Source: Spirochaetia bacterium (GTDB lineage: Bacteria; Spirochaetota; Spirochaetia; SZUA-6; Bin103). From it: a stretch of DNA of 64,000 nucleotides. Below, in pieces: positions 31,052 to 41,245 of the stretch (position 1 is the stretch's first letter; each line of letters opens with the position of its first letter). The translations under genes were made by a program, and so were the position numbers. The notes under the pieces were generated by a model, which made no database searches, was not told the origin of the DNA, and saw only the letters and a list, made by a program, of their open reading frames with translations. The DNA lies in contig CBDBDQ010000005.1 of assembly GCA_965203905.1 (NCBI GenBank), positions 5,952,001-6,016,000 of the forward strand, written 5' to 3'.

Positions 31052-33097
31052 ATGGTTCAAAGTCGATCCCTGCTGATCGCTTTCGTGGCCTGTGCGCTGT
31101 GCGCAGGATCGGGACTGTTGTTTGCCGGCGGCGACGCTGATGCCGACGCCGGTGCCGCGGAGCCCGCCGCAGCGGCGGCCTCCAGCCAGCCGGGCGTGCC
31201 CAATCCGGGGGTGGTGGTGTTCTACGCCACCCTCGCGGAGTACGAGGCGCAGACCGGCAACCGCATCGAATCGTTCAACGAAGCGCCCGCTCTCGCGGCC
31301 CTGGTCGCTGCCGGCGACTTGCCGCCGGTCGCCGAACGGCTGCCCGACGAACCGATGGTCGTGGAACCGCGCGACAGCATCGGCAAGTACGGCGGGCGCG
31401 TGCGGCAGTCCGCCACCTCGCCGACCACCGGCGGCGCCGAGTCGTGGACCCTGCGCACGCAACCGCTGTTCCGCGTGGTGCCGAGTCCGAGCGGCGACTC
31501 GGTCATCCCCAACGTGGCCAAGGGATTCGACCTGTCCGACGACTTCTCCATCCTCACCGTGCACCTGCGCAGCGGCCTGAAGTGGAGTGACGGGGCGCCG
31601 TTCGACGCCGACGACTTTCTGTTCTGGTACCGCGACATCCTGCTCAACGAGGAGATCTCGCCCACCATACCGGGCATCTGGGCACCCGGCGGCGTCCCGG
31701 TCGAGGTCACCAAGGTCGACGACGGCACCGTGCAGCTTCAGTTCGCCAGTGCTTATCCCAGCATCGTGACCTTCCTCGGCTTCGAGGGGCGCTCCTACCA
31801 CCGCATCCCATTCGCGCCGCGGCACTACCTGGAGCAGTTTCACCCCGCGCACAACGAGGACGCGGGCAAGGTCGCCACCGAGGCCGGCTACGACAACTGG
31901 GGGGACCACTTCCAGTTCATCTACCCCAACGAGGTGCAACAGCGCTGGGACGTGAACGTGCCCACCGTCGATCCCTGGACCATGAGCGAGGTGGACAGCA
32001 TCGGCAACAAGTTCTTCGAACGCAACCCCTACTACTACCGCATCGACATCGCCGGCAATCAGCTTCCCTACATCGACCGCCAGGACCGGATCCTGTTCTC
32101 CAACAAGGAGGCGATCAACCTGGCGGCGATCTCGGGGGAGCTGGACTACGCGCAGCAGGACCTGGTGACGGAGAGCTACCAGCTCTACAAGGAGAACGAG
32201 GAGCGCGGGCAGTACCGGGTGAGCATGTGGTACGACGGGCGCGGTTCGGTGCTGGTGGATCACAAGATCAACATGAACCACGCCGACCCCGCCAAGCGCG
32301 AGCTGTTCGGCGATTTGCGGTTCCGCCAGGCCCTGTCGCTGGCGATCAACCGCGACGAGATCAACGAGGCGGTGTTCCAGGGGCTGGCCACGCCACGCGC
32401 CGCCACGGTGCGCTCCGACGTGAGCTTCTTCGACCCAGCCTGGGAGACTCACTTCACTGCGTACGACCCGGATCGGGCCCGGGCGCTGCTCGACGAGATG
32501 GGACTGCCGATGGGCGATCAGTACCGCAGCTATCCCGACGGCTCGGATCTGCAACTCGTGATCGAGTACGTGGAGATGGAGGGGCCGCGCGGCGACGTCG
32601 AGCAACTGGTGAAGGACTACTTCGAGGACGTCGGACTGCAGGTGCAGCTCAAGCAGATCGAGCAGAGCCTGTGGGGGCAGCGCTCGCGCGCCGGCGAGCT
32701 GGACATCGCCGTCTGGAACCTCGACGGCACCAATGAAAGCGGCTACCACTCCAACCCGTTCGCCATTCAGCCCTACGCGCGGGCGTGGATGGCCTGGCTG
32801 AACTCGGGTGGCGCAACCGGCGAGGAGCCGCCGGAGGCGCTCAAGGAGTGGTACGCGCTGTCGGCCGAGGTGCAGCAGTACCCGATGGGCTCCGAGGAGT
32901 ACCAGGAGGCCGCGCGGCGTGCCAACCAGATCCTGCTCGACAACCTGTGGCACGTCGGCATCATCGGCAACATGCCCAAGCCCACGATCCTCAAGACCGC
33001 CCTGAAGAACACCCCGACCGAGCCGGGGGTGCGCATCTACCAAGGCTATCGCTTCTGGATGATCTACAACGGCGACCAGTGGTACTGGGACGAGTAG
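31052..33097 (+). CDS. ABC transporter substrate-binding protein, family 5
   Basis: LPPVAERLP.EP, GKYGG, LR.GLKWSDG.PF.ADD, GNQLPYID, FRQALSLAINR. Confidence 0.93.
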   Translation: MVQSRSLLIAFVACALCAGSGLLFAGGDADADAGAAEPAAAAASSQPGVPNPGVVVFYATLAEYEAQTGNRIESFNEAPALAALVAAGDLPPVAERLPDEPMVVEPRDSIGKYGGRVRQSATSPTTGGAESWTLRTQPLFRVVPSPSGDSVIPNVAKGFDLSDDFSILTVHLRSGLKWSDGAPFDADDFLFWYRDILLNEEISPTIPGIWAPGGVPVEVTKVDDGTVQLQFASAYPSIVTFLGFEGRSYHRIPFAPRHYLEQFHPAHNEDAGKVATEAGYDNWGDHFQFIYPNEVQQRWDVNVPTVDPWTMSEVDSIGNKFFERNPYYYRIDIAGNQLPYIDRQDRILFSNKEAINLAAISGELDYAQQDLVTESYQLYKENEERGQYRVSMWYDGRGSVLVDHKINMNHADPAKRELFGDLRFRQALSLAINRDEINEAVFQGLATPRAATVRSDVSFFDPAWETHFTAYDPDRARALLDEMGLPMGDQYRSYPDGSDLQLVIEYVEMEGPRGDVEQLVKDYFEDVGLQVQLKQIEQSLWGQRSRAGELDIAVWNLDGTNESGYHSNPFAIQPYARAWMAWLNSGGATGEEPPEALKEWYALSAEVQQYPMGSEEYQEAARRANQILLDNLWHVGIIGNMPKPTILKTALKNTPTEPGVRIYQGYRFWMIYNGDQWYWDE

Positions 33098-33134
33098 GCT
33101 GAGCCACTGACCGCGCGCGAGCGAGTACCGGCCG

Positions 33135-34685
33135 ATGAAGCGCCCCGACATTGTGCTGTTCATGCTCGACCAGCTTGCCGCCAGGTGGCTGGAGTCGCCC
33201 GGCGATTCCGTGGTGCCGACTCCCCACCTGGACCGGCTGCGGGCGCGTGGCGTGACCTTCACCCGCTGCATCGCCGGCAACCCGATCTGCATGCCGGCGC
33301 GCGCCACCATCGCCACCGGGCTGTCGGCGCGCGGGCATGGCGTGCTGACCAACGGCTACCGGCTCGACCCCGAGCTGCCGACCTTCATGAGCCTGCTGCA
33401 GGGGTCCGGCTACCGGACGGGCGTGGCGGGCAAGGTGCATTTCCGGCCCCACTTCGCCGGCCTGTATCCGGACTACACCCGCTACGGGTTCGACGTCGCC
33501 CACGTCACCGAGGACGCGCGCGGCGGCGAGTGGCTGGACTGGGTCGCGGAGCGGCACCCGCAGCACTTCGAAGCGGTGTTGGCCACGATCTGGCCGAGCC
33601 ATATCCCGGAATACTCCGCCTACGGGCCGCGGCGCGAGAACCTGAAGCGGCGGATCGAGGCGATCCGCGAGTCGTTTCAGTGGGCCACGCCGGAGCACCC
33701 GCTCAACTCGCCGCGCGCCTACACGCTGCCGTTTCCGGCCGCGGTATCGCAGACCGAGTGGATCACCGGCCACGGCGTCGACTTCCTGCGCGACACCGCG
33801 CCCGATACGCCGCTGCTGCTGCAGGTCAGCTACGTGCAGCCGCACGGCCCGTTCTGTCCGCCGGCTGCCACCATGGACCGGGTGGCTGCGGACCGCATAC
33901 CGCCGCCGGCACCGGTGGAATGGGTGGACGATCCGCTGGCGCCGGAGTGCTTCGCCACCAGCGAGGGCGCGCACCGCTCCATCCCGGACGACTGGCGCCG
34001 CACCCGCCACTACTACTTCGCCGACCTGGGCCACCTCGACGACCAGCTCGGCCGCGTGATGGCCGCCCTGGAGCGGCGCGGCCGGCTCGATGACACCTGC
34101 TTCATCCTGATGGCCGACCACGGCGAGCTGCTGCTCGACCACGGCTTCACCGGCAAGGGCGAGCGCCACTACGACGCCGCGATACGGGTGCCGCTTACCA
34201 TCGCCGGCCCCGGCCTGCAGCGCGGCGCAACGGTGGACCGCTTCGTCCAGCACGAGGATCTGTTCCCCACCATCCTGGAGCTGGCCGGCGTGGTGCCACC
34301 GGAGCCGCGCACGATGGGCCCCTACCTGCGCGAGACGCCCGCCACCCTGACCGGACGCTCGCTGCTGCCGCTGTGCCGCGGCGCGCAGCCCGCCGCTTGG
34401 CGCGACGCCGCCTACATCGAAAGCTACAACAACATCTCCACCGCCACCCCGCGCAACTGGGCGCGCTCGGTACGCACCGCCGACTGGCGCTACACCCACT
34501 ACCCCAACGGCACCGGCGAGCAGCTCTTCCACCTCGCCGAGGACCCCGACGAGCAGCGCAACCTGGCGGCCGACCCGGCGCACGCCGCGACCCGCACCGA
34601 GCTGCGCGACCGGCTGCTCGACCTGGTCATCCTGCAGGACTACCCGCACACCCACCGCGACCTGTTCGCCCTCGGCGTGCACTGA
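33135..34685 (+). CDS. Sulfatase
   Basis: PDIVLFMLDQ, CMPAR (CxPxR), GKVH, ADHGE. Confidence 0.92.
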   Translation: MKRPDIVLFMLDQLAARWLESPGDSVVPTPHLDRLRARGVTFTRCIAGNPICMPARATIATGLSARGHGVLTNGYRLDPELPTFMSLLQGSGYRTGVAGKVHFRPHFAGLYPDYTRYGFDVAHVTEDARGGEWLDWVAERHPQHFEAVLATIWPSHIPEYSAYGPRRENLKRRIEAIRESFQWATPEHPLNSPRAYTLPFPAAVSQTEWITGHGVDFLRDTAPDTPLLLQVSYVQPHGPFCPPAATMDRVAADRIPPPAPVEWVDDPLAPECFATSEGAHRSIPDDWRRTRHYYFADLGHLDDQLGRVMAALERRGRLDDTCFILMADHGELLLDHGFTGKGERHYDAAIRVPLTIAGPGLQRGATVDRFVQHEDLFPTILELAGVVPPEPRTMGPYLRETPATLTGRSLLPLCRGAQPAAWRDAAYIESYNNISTATPRNWARSVRTADWRYTHYPNGTGEQLFHLAEDPDEQRNLAADPAHAATRTELRDRLLDLVILQDYPHTHRDLFALGVH

Positions 34686-34690
34686 TCCAG

Positions 34691-35698
34691 ATGCCACCCG
34701 AACCGCTTGCCGGCCAGGTCGCCGTGGTCGCCGGGGCCACCCGCGGCGCCGGCCGGGGTATCGCGCGCATGCTGGGGGCGGCGGGAGCAACCGTCTACTG
34801 CACCGGCCGCAGCGTGAAGGGCCATCCTGCCAGCGCGGGGCGACCCGAGACGATCGAGGAGACAGCGGCGATGGTCACGGCGGAGGGCGGCCGCGGCATC
34901 GCCGTGCGGACCGACCACACCGTGGAGTCGGAGGTGGAACGCCTGTTCCAGCGGGTCCGTGCCGAGCAGGGGCGGCTCGACGTACTGGTCAACGACATCT
35001 GGGGCGGCGACGCGCTCACCGAGTGGGGAGCGCCGTTCTGGGAGCTCGCCACGGCCAAGGGGCTGGAAATGCTGGAGCACGCCGTGCACAGCCACATTAT
35101 CACCAGCCGCCACGGCGCGCCGCTGATGGTCGAACGCAACGCCGGCCTCATCGTCGAGGTGACCGACGGCGACACCCTCGGGTACCGCGGTAACCTGTTC
35201 TACGACCTGGCGAAGAACGCGGTCATCCGGCTCGCCTACGCGATGGCGGCGGACCTGCACGCGCACCGCGTGACCGCGCTGGCGATCACACCCGGGTTTC
35301 TGCGTTCCGAGGCGGTGCTCGGCGGCTTCGGCGTCTCCGAGGCGAACTGGCGGGACGGCATCGCTGCGGACCCCTACTTCGCCGAGTCCGAGACGCCCTG
35401 CTACGTCGGCCGAGCCGTGGCGGCGCTCGCCGCCGACCCGCGCGTCGCGAACAAGAGCGGCGGCCTGTTCTCGAGCTGGGCGCTGGCGAAGGAGTACGGC
35501 TTCACCGACCTGGACGGCCGCCGGCCCGACTGGGCCACCTTCTACGCCCGCAAGGTGCAGGAGATCGTCAACCGGAGCACACCGCCGGACGAGATGGACC
35601 GGTTCGTGGTCCGCTCCCGGCTCCACCAGGCCGAACTCGACCCGTCAGCCGCCGCGGAGGCCACCCGCCTGCGCGCCTGGCTCGACCGGCAGTCCTGA
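34691..35698 (+). CDS. SDR family oxidoreductase
   Basis: AGATRGAGRGIA, LVNDIWGG, YDLAK, TPGFLRSE. Confidence 0.9.
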   Translation: MPPEPLAGQVAVVAGATRGAGRGIARMLGAAGATVYCTGRSVKGHPASAGRPETIEETAAMVTAEGGRGIAVRTDHTVESEVERLFQRVRAEQGRLDVLVNDIWGGDALTEWGAPFWELATAKGLEMLEHAVHSHIITSRHGAPLMVERNAGLIVEVTDGDTLGYRGNLFYDLAKNAVIRLAYAMAADLHAHRVTALAITPGFLRSEAVLGGFGVSEANWRDGIAADPYFAESETPCYVGRAVAALAADPRVANKSGGLFSSWALAKEYGFTDLDGRRPDWATFYARKVQEIVNRSTPPDEMDRFVVRSRLHQAELDPSAAAEATRLRAWLDRQS

Positions 35699-35786
35699 TC
35701 CGGAGTTGTGCGCGTTACTGCCCCGCCGGGCGTGGTACTGCTGCCAAGTCGGCCGCGACGAATGGCGGCGTGGCCCTCACCGGACT

Positions 35787-37889
35787 CAGCACTATCCCAC
35801 GCTACGCGACAAGCCGGCTGCAAGTCGTTGCTCCCGTTGCATTCGGACCGACACTCGACCGCCCAACTCGCGCCCCGGCGAGCGCCGATCACGTGGCCCC
35901 GTCTGGCGACGATCCGTCCTCCCGATGCCGGAAGCGGTGGTGAGCAGAACAACGAAGCCTGAGATTATCCGGCTCAGCACCGCCGCCGAGGGCGAAGGGA
36001 ACGATGTGGTCGAGCTCCAGCAGGAAGCGGGATCCGCAGCGCCGTCCGCTGTGCGGATCGACGTAACTGCAGCAGCCGCCGTCGCGGCGCCACACCTCGC
36101 GCCGCACCGGTGCCGGAATGTAGCGGGATCGGCGCGCCCGTTGGGGCGGCTGCGCGCTGCCTCCGGACGGGCCGGCTGCCGCCGGCTGCGGCCGCGAACG
36201 GCCCTCGCGCTGCGCCGCCCCTGCGCGCTTCGCTGGCGAAGGAGCGCTGCGACCACGATCCGCCGCTGCCCGCGCAGTCGGCAAGCTCCGGTCCGCCGGA
36301 GGCGTCGGTACGGAGGCGCGGGACCCGCAACCAGCCACCAACTTCGACGCCGAAGTAGTGGTGCCGGGCGCCGCCGCCGCTGGCTTGGCACGCACCGGGG
36401 TGCTGCCGTCGCAAGTCTCGCGCCCCGACGGCGGCGCGGGCAGCGCTGCCACCGCCGAGGTGCCGACGCCGCCAATCCCGCGCGCCGGTTCCGCTACGGA
36501 CAACGCTGCCGGCGTCGTGGTGCTGCCACCGGCGCTCGTGCCCTCCGGCGTCGGTGGCACTCCGGGTTGCTCTTGCGCGCCCCGCTTCGCCGGCGAAGTC
36601 GCCCCGCCCGCCGGCCCTTCCTGCGCCTGCGGCTCCGGCGCCTGGCCCGCGCTTGCCTCCCGGCGCCCACCCCCGCGCCCGCGCGGCGGTCGCCCCGGGT
36701 CGTAGCGCTGCAGGCCGTCCTGCACCAGCCGCTCCACCAGTTGCCCCAGCGTCAGGTGCGGGTCCACGTGCGACAGCAGTGCCCGTAGCTGCTCGATCCC
36801 GCACTGACACGCAGAGTCGATCACCACCTTCAGCTCCCAGTGGCCCTCGCCCAGCGCCCGCATGAGATCAGCAGGGCGCGCCAGCTCGGGAGCCACCCCG
36901 GCCAGCAACTGCTTCACCTCGCGGGTGCTCTTGCCGCTCGCCTGCGCCACCAGCTCCTGCCGCTGCGCCGCGTCCAGCGCCGGCACCGGTCGCGCCGGTG
37001 CCGCTGCCCCGGCCCCCGAAGCCCCAGGCCCCGGCGCCGTCCCCGTGCCGCCCGGCAGCAGCTCGGGTGCCGCGGGTGCCGCGCCGGGGTCCGCGGCGGT
37101 GGTCGCCGTGCGCTGCAGGAGATCGAAGGTGTTCTGCAACTGCGCCGCCGCGCTCAGGGAGAGCGAGCCGTCCTGCAGCCGCTCGCGTGTCCCGGCGGTC
37201 TCGGAGCACAGGCGCATGGCCTTTATCCGGCGCCAGGCGGCGCCTTCGCTGTAGCCCAGCTCGCGCACCGCGTAGTCGAACAGGCTGGAGAACCCGAGGC
37301 GCAGGTGAAGGTGGCGGGCGTAGATCTCGCGCAGGTGGTCGAGGACGGCGAGCTGCAGCGCCTGCTCGTGCAGGACGAGGGACCTGGTATGCACCAGCAG
37401 CACCTGGTCGGGGAGCCCGGAGAGCGAGGAGCAGAAGCCGGTAGCGGTCGCGGAAGCCATGGCGTAAATATAATCATGGCTGAGAAATGACCGGTTTCGG
37501 CGAGTCCCGGACCGGCCCCGGGACGGGCTCAGGCCGGCGCTTGTGGGGTGCTGACGGGCCTGGAGGGCGTGGCGGGATGTTCGAAGGGTCGGAGGGGCCG
37601 GAACGTGCGGCAGGAGGCCGTTATGAGCAGCGCCAAACCCGTCAAGTGCTCAGCGCACTTTTTTGGCATTTTTCTGCAGAATGGCGGCGCCGACCTGCAC
37701 CTGCCCCGCAACGCAGCGGCGGAGACCTGCGCGTTGCGGGTGGCGGCTCCCCTTCTTATTCTGGACACGTTGTACAGCGAACGAACCACACAACCAGAAG
37801 GCGGCGATCTGGCAGGCGCCGCGCCGGGGCCATCACCGCAGCTCGCCCACACACGGGATGCAGACGTCGTTCAGCATGGGATGGCCCTG
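35787..37889 (-). mobile_element. Putative HNH-encoding mobile element, copy 2
   Basis: Ends CAGCACTATCCCA / TGGGATGGCCCTG (imperfect IR); flanking direct repeat CACCGGACTC (35778-35787) / CACAGGACTC (37890-37899). Confidence 0.75.
35889..37460 (-). CDS. HNH endonuclease with helical N-terminal domain (paralog of 8335-9906)
   Basis: Same 523-aa length; near-identical N-terminal and HNH domains, diverged linker. Confidence 0.88.
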   Translation of the reverse strand: MASATATGFCSSLSGLPDQVLLVHTRSLVLHEQALQLAVLDHLREIYARHLHLRLGFSSLFDYAVRELGYSEGAAWRRIKAMRLCSETAGTRERLQDGSLSLSAAAQLQNTFDLLQRTATTAADPGAAPAAPELLPGGTGTAPGPGASGAGAAAPARPVPALDAAQRQELVAQASGKSTREVKQLLAGVAPELARPADLMRALGEGHWELKVVIDSACQCGIEQLRALLSHVDPHLTLGQLVERLVQDGLQRYDPGRPPRGRGGGRREASAGQAPEPQAQEGPAGGATSPAKRGAQEQPGVPPTPEGTSAGGSTTTPAALSVAEPARGIGGVGTSAVAALPAPPSGRETCDGSTPVRAKPAAAAPGTTTSASKLVAGCGSRASVPTPPADRSLPTARAAADRGRSAPSPAKRAGAAQREGRSRPQPAAAGPSGGSAQPPQRARRSRYIPAPVRREVWRRDGGCCSYVDPHSGRRCGSRFLLELDHIVPFALGGGAEPDNLRLRCSAHHRFRHREDGSSPDGAT

Positions 37890-37987
37890 CACAGGACTCC
37901 TGACTGCTTGATCACCGCGGCCAAGTCAGGGGACTCTTACGCTTGCCCTGCACAAGGGCGGCAGTTGAAGAGCAGAGCCAATGATCG

Positions 37988-38209
37988 ATGGCTGATACCG
38001 TCTACCTTGAATACCAAGAGATGATAGCAGAGGTTCGGGAGAGCCGCGTACGGATGTCCGAGAAGTGCGGCCATGACGTGGAGAGATTGCTTGACTATCT
38101 CCAAGCCTTCGAACTGAAGCATGCAAAGCAAGTCGAGCAATTCGCCAGCAGTGCAGCTCCCGTACGGCCGTCGTCGTCGCCGTCCGGCATCCAACGAGGG
38201 CGCCATTGA
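37988..38209 (+). CDS. Small hypothetical protein (possible TA-associated)
   Basis: 73-aa ORF with MIAEVRESR..MSEKCGHDVERLLDYL helical pattern. Confidence 0.45.
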   Translation: MADTVYLEYQEMIAEVRESRVRMSEKCGHDVERLLDYLQAFELKHAKQVEQFASSAAPVRPSSSPSGIQRGRH

Positions 38210-38408
38210 CGCGTATCAAGGCTCCTGTCAGCGCCTACGGCGCGGGCGCGCGGAGCGGCTCTTCCGGTACCGAATTCGAGTGGCACAATCGCATAATCGC
38301 ATAGTCGCCGGTGCTGACACTTCCACTGCGGAGAGGGCAAGTGCGTTGGTCAGACTGTACCCGGTGCCCGCTCCGAGTCCAGGCGATCCGGCCTCTCGTC
38401 GTCGTAGC

Positions 38409-38520
38409 ACGCGTGACGGCGCCGGCGATCACGCCTGGGGTTCTGCGCTCCGAAGCGGTGCTCGATGCCTTCGGCGGCAGCGCAGCGAACTGGCGGGACG
38501 GTATCGTGGCGGCCCCCTGC
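38409..38520 (+). pseudogene. Degenerate fragment of an SDR gene homologous to 34691-35698
   Basis: RVTAPAITPGVLRSEAVLDAFGGSAANWRDGIVAAP vs RVTALAITPGFLRSEAVLGGFGVSEANWRDGIAADP. Confidence 0.75.
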
Positions 38521-38697
38521 CAAGTGCGATGCCCCGGGCCGCACACAGGCGCGCCAAGCGGGGCTCGCTGGGGCTGGCCGACTGGCGAGCGAAAGCGCAA
38601 CGCAACGGTGGGGCGTTGGTATCGCGTGAAACGGTGCAACGGCGTCCCGCGAGTGCGGGCTACGTGCTGCTCCCGGGGCCGTCCCGCCTCCGTGCTC

Positions 38698-39279
38698 TCA
38701 GCTCAGCCAGGTGGTGCGTTCGGCGGCCGGCGTTCGCTTCGAGACGGGCACGCGCTCGGCGAAGCCGGCGTACAGCAGGCCGACGACCCGTTCCCGCTCC
38801 GGATCGACGCCCAGCACCGACAGCGCCTCGGCATCCTCGATCAAGCCGCTGGTGCTCCACTGCATGCCGATACCATCTTCCCAAGCAGCGAGCATGATGT
38901 TCTGGATGGCGCAGCAGGTGGCGGCGTAATCCTCTCGATCGAGAAAGGCATCGCCTGACACGGCGCAGGTCACCGCCATGATCGACGGTTTGCTCATCAG
39001 CTTCCTGACCGTCTTGCGGCCGATCTCGCGGAGCGCCTCCGGACCGATGTCGCCTTTCACGCCTTGCTGCTTGATGCGCGCGTAGACACGGCTGAGCCGG
39101 TCCTTGGCCTCCGGTCCCACCACGATGAAGCGCCACGGCTCGGTGAGCTTGTGGTTGGGGGCCCAGACGGCCGCCTGCAGCGCGCGCTCGAGCCGTTCGC
39201 GCGGCACGGCCGTAGGCTGGAAGTCGAATATCGAACGCCGTGCGGCGATGGTTTCCAGTACTGACATGTGAGTCGCCAT
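38698..39279 (-). CDS. Nitroreductase family protein
   Basis: IAARRSI, WAPNHKLTEPWRF, AIQNIMLAA...GIG. Confidence 0.9.
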   Translation of the reverse strand: MATHMSVLETIAARRSIFDFQPTAVPRERLERALQAAVWAPNHKLTEPWRFIVVGPEAKDRLSRVYARIKQQGVKGDIGPEALREIGRKTVRKLMSKPSIMAVTCAVSGDAFLDREDYAATCCAIQNIMLAAWEDGIGMQWSTSGLIEDAEALSVLGVDPERERVVGLLYAGFAERVPVSKRTPAAERTTWLS

Positions 39280-39423
39280 CCTAAATCGTTGCCGATACCC
39301 GTCGCCGACGACCGAACGCCGGCCTCACGACGGGCAAGCGTGCATTGGCAACGATCTTAATACACGTTAAGCAAGTGGTCCATAGGAACCAATAGCACGA
39401 TCGGCATATGGTGATGTTGCGCC

Positions 39424-39687
39424 ATGAAGACTACCATCGATCTGCCGGATGCTCTCTACCGGAGAGCGAAGATCCGCGCGGCCGAACGCGGCACTACGCT
39501 GCGTGCATTGCTCACCGAGTCGCTGGAGGCTCACCTGCTCGAACCAACGCCGGACCCGGAACCCCCGCAACGCGACCGGTTCCGCACCGATGAGCGCGGC
39601 TGGCCGATACTGCAACGGTAAGCAGACGACAGCCGAGTGATCACCGATGACTTCATCAACAAGCTTCGGGAAGAGGAAGGCGTGTAA
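39424..39687 (+). pseudogene. VapB-like RHH antitoxin with premature TAA (39619-39621)
   Basis: MKTTIDLPDALYRRAKIRAAERG; frame continues after TAA as ADDSRVITDDFINKLREEEGV*, followed by the VapC-like start VAFLLDVN. Confidence 0.7.
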
Positions 39688-39749
39688 CCCGCCGTGGCGT
39701 TTCTGCTCGATGTGAATAGGCGGGTGTTCTCGTTGCTTGCCGGCAATAC

Positions 39750-39818
39750 GCATCGCTTCCGTATTTCGCCGCCTCGCGCTGGCGAAAACGACACCCACCA
39801 CACCTCACCACGGTTCAT
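39750..39818 (-). pseudogene. MazF/PemK toxin 5' remnant
   Basis: MNRGEVWWVSFSPARGGEIRKR, then similarity is lost. Confidence 0.75.
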
Positions 39819-40054
39819 CTCCGCTCGTTGACGTCGGGCGTCACCTCGTCCAGCGTCGCGTCCGACCACTCCTTGGCGTCCCGCTCCCGCATCTCGTCGC
39901 GGGCCATTTCTTCGTACTCCGAGTCGAGGTTGGCGTCGAGCACGTGCGGGCGCACGATCTCTTCGATGAACCGGGCAATCTTCCCCGGCCCGATCTCGTG
40001 GTACAGGCCCTCGTAGACAGCTTCGTCGATCGTTATGGTGAGCTTGCGCTGCAT
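39815..40054 (-). CDS. Antitoxin of a PemK/MazF-type module
   Basis: MQRKLTITIDEAVYEGL...YEEMARDEMRERDAKEWSD; ATGA overlap with the toxin remnant. Confidence 0.75.
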   Translation of the reverse strand: MQRKLTITIDEAVYEGLYHEIGPGKIARFIEEIVRPHVLDANLDSEYEEMARDEMRERDAKEWSDATLDEVTPDVNERR

Positions 40055-40138
40055 GGCGTACACGTATGTGGCACGTGCGGTGTCCGTTGTCCACCCGGTC
40101 ACGCCCGTGGTTCACCGAGACGCGCCCGTCCGCGACGG

Positions 40139-41245
40139 CTACTTGTAGGGGTCGGCGGCATCGCGCAGCCCGTCGCCGACGAAGTTGAAGGCGATCACCA
40201 CCGCCACCACGTACATGCCGGGGATCAGCAGCCACGGGTTGACCGCCACCGTGCGCACGTTCTGCGCCTCCTTGAGCAGCACGCCCCAGCTCAGCACCGG
40301 CGGCCGCAGGCCCAGCCCGAGGAAGCTCAGCGCGGTCTCGCCCAGGATCATGTTGGGGATGGAGATGGTCAGGCTGACGATCAGGTAGCTCACGAACGAA
40401 GGCAGCAGGTGGCGCACGATGATGGTCCCATTACGCACCCCCGCCAGTCGCGCCGCGGTGACGAAGTCCTCGCTGCGGGTGCTGATCACCTTGCCCCGCA
40501 CTACCCGCGCCAGGCCCGACCAGGCGACGATCGACAGGATCAGCGTGATGAAGAAGTAGACGCGCAGCGGGGTCCAGTGATGCGGCAACGAGGCGCTCAG
40601 CGCCATCCACAGCGGAATGGTCGGGATGGAGATCAGGAATTCGATCAGGCGTTGGATCAGCAGGTCGGCGGTGCCACCGAAGTACCCCGACACGCCTCCC
40701 AGGATGCAGCCCAGCACGAAGCTCATGGCGACGCCGATCAGCCCCACCGAGAGGGAGATGCGGCTAGCGTAGAGCAACCGCGAAAACAGGTCGCGCCCCA
40801 GCTTGTCGGTGCCGAACAGGAAAATCACCCCCGGCTGGTCCACCCCGAACAGGTGCCGGTCGGTCTCGAACAGGCCCCAGAAGCGGTAGCTGTGGCGGCG
40901 CGGGAACAGGCGCACCGGGTAACGGACGCTGCGGTCCTCGCTGTACAGCCGCCGCAGGCTGGTCATGTCGACGGTGCGGGTGATGCCGTAGACGAACGGC
41001 CGCAGATGCAGGCGGCCGTCGGCGTCGATGAAGTGCAGCCGCTGCGGTTGCGCGTAGAGGTACTCGGTGAAGCGCTCGTAGGGGTCGTGCGGCGAGAGAA
41101 ACTCGCAGAACAGGCCCATGCCGTAGAACAGCGCCAGCACCACCGAGCCGCCGATGGCCAGCCGGTGGCGCTTGAACTTGAGCCACATCAGCCGCCATTG
41201 GGTCGCCGACTCGTACTCGGGAGTAGCCCGCGACAGGATCCGCAT
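40139..41245 (-). CDS. ABC transporter permease (OppC/DppC-like)
   Basis: GTDKLGRDLFSR, ETALSFLGLG; paralog of 28718-29842. Confidence 0.93.
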   Translation of the reverse strand: MRILSRATPEYESATQWRLMWLKFKRHRLAIGGSVVLALFYGMGLFCEFLSPHDPYERFTEYLYAQPQRLHFIDADGRLHLRPFVYGITRTVDMTSLRRLYSEDRSVRYPVRLFPRRHSYRFWGLFETDRHLFGVDQPGVIFLFGTDKLGRDLFSRLLYASRISLSVGLIGVAMSFVLGCILGGVSGYFGGTADLLIQRLIEFLISIPTIPLWMALSASLPHHWTPLRVYFFITLILSIVAWSGLARVVRGKVISTRSEDFVTAARLAGVRNGTIIVRHLLPSFVSYLIVSLTISIPNMILGETALSFLGLGLRPPVLSWGVLLKEAQNVRTVAVNPWLLIPGMYVVAVVIAFNFVGDGLRDAADPYK

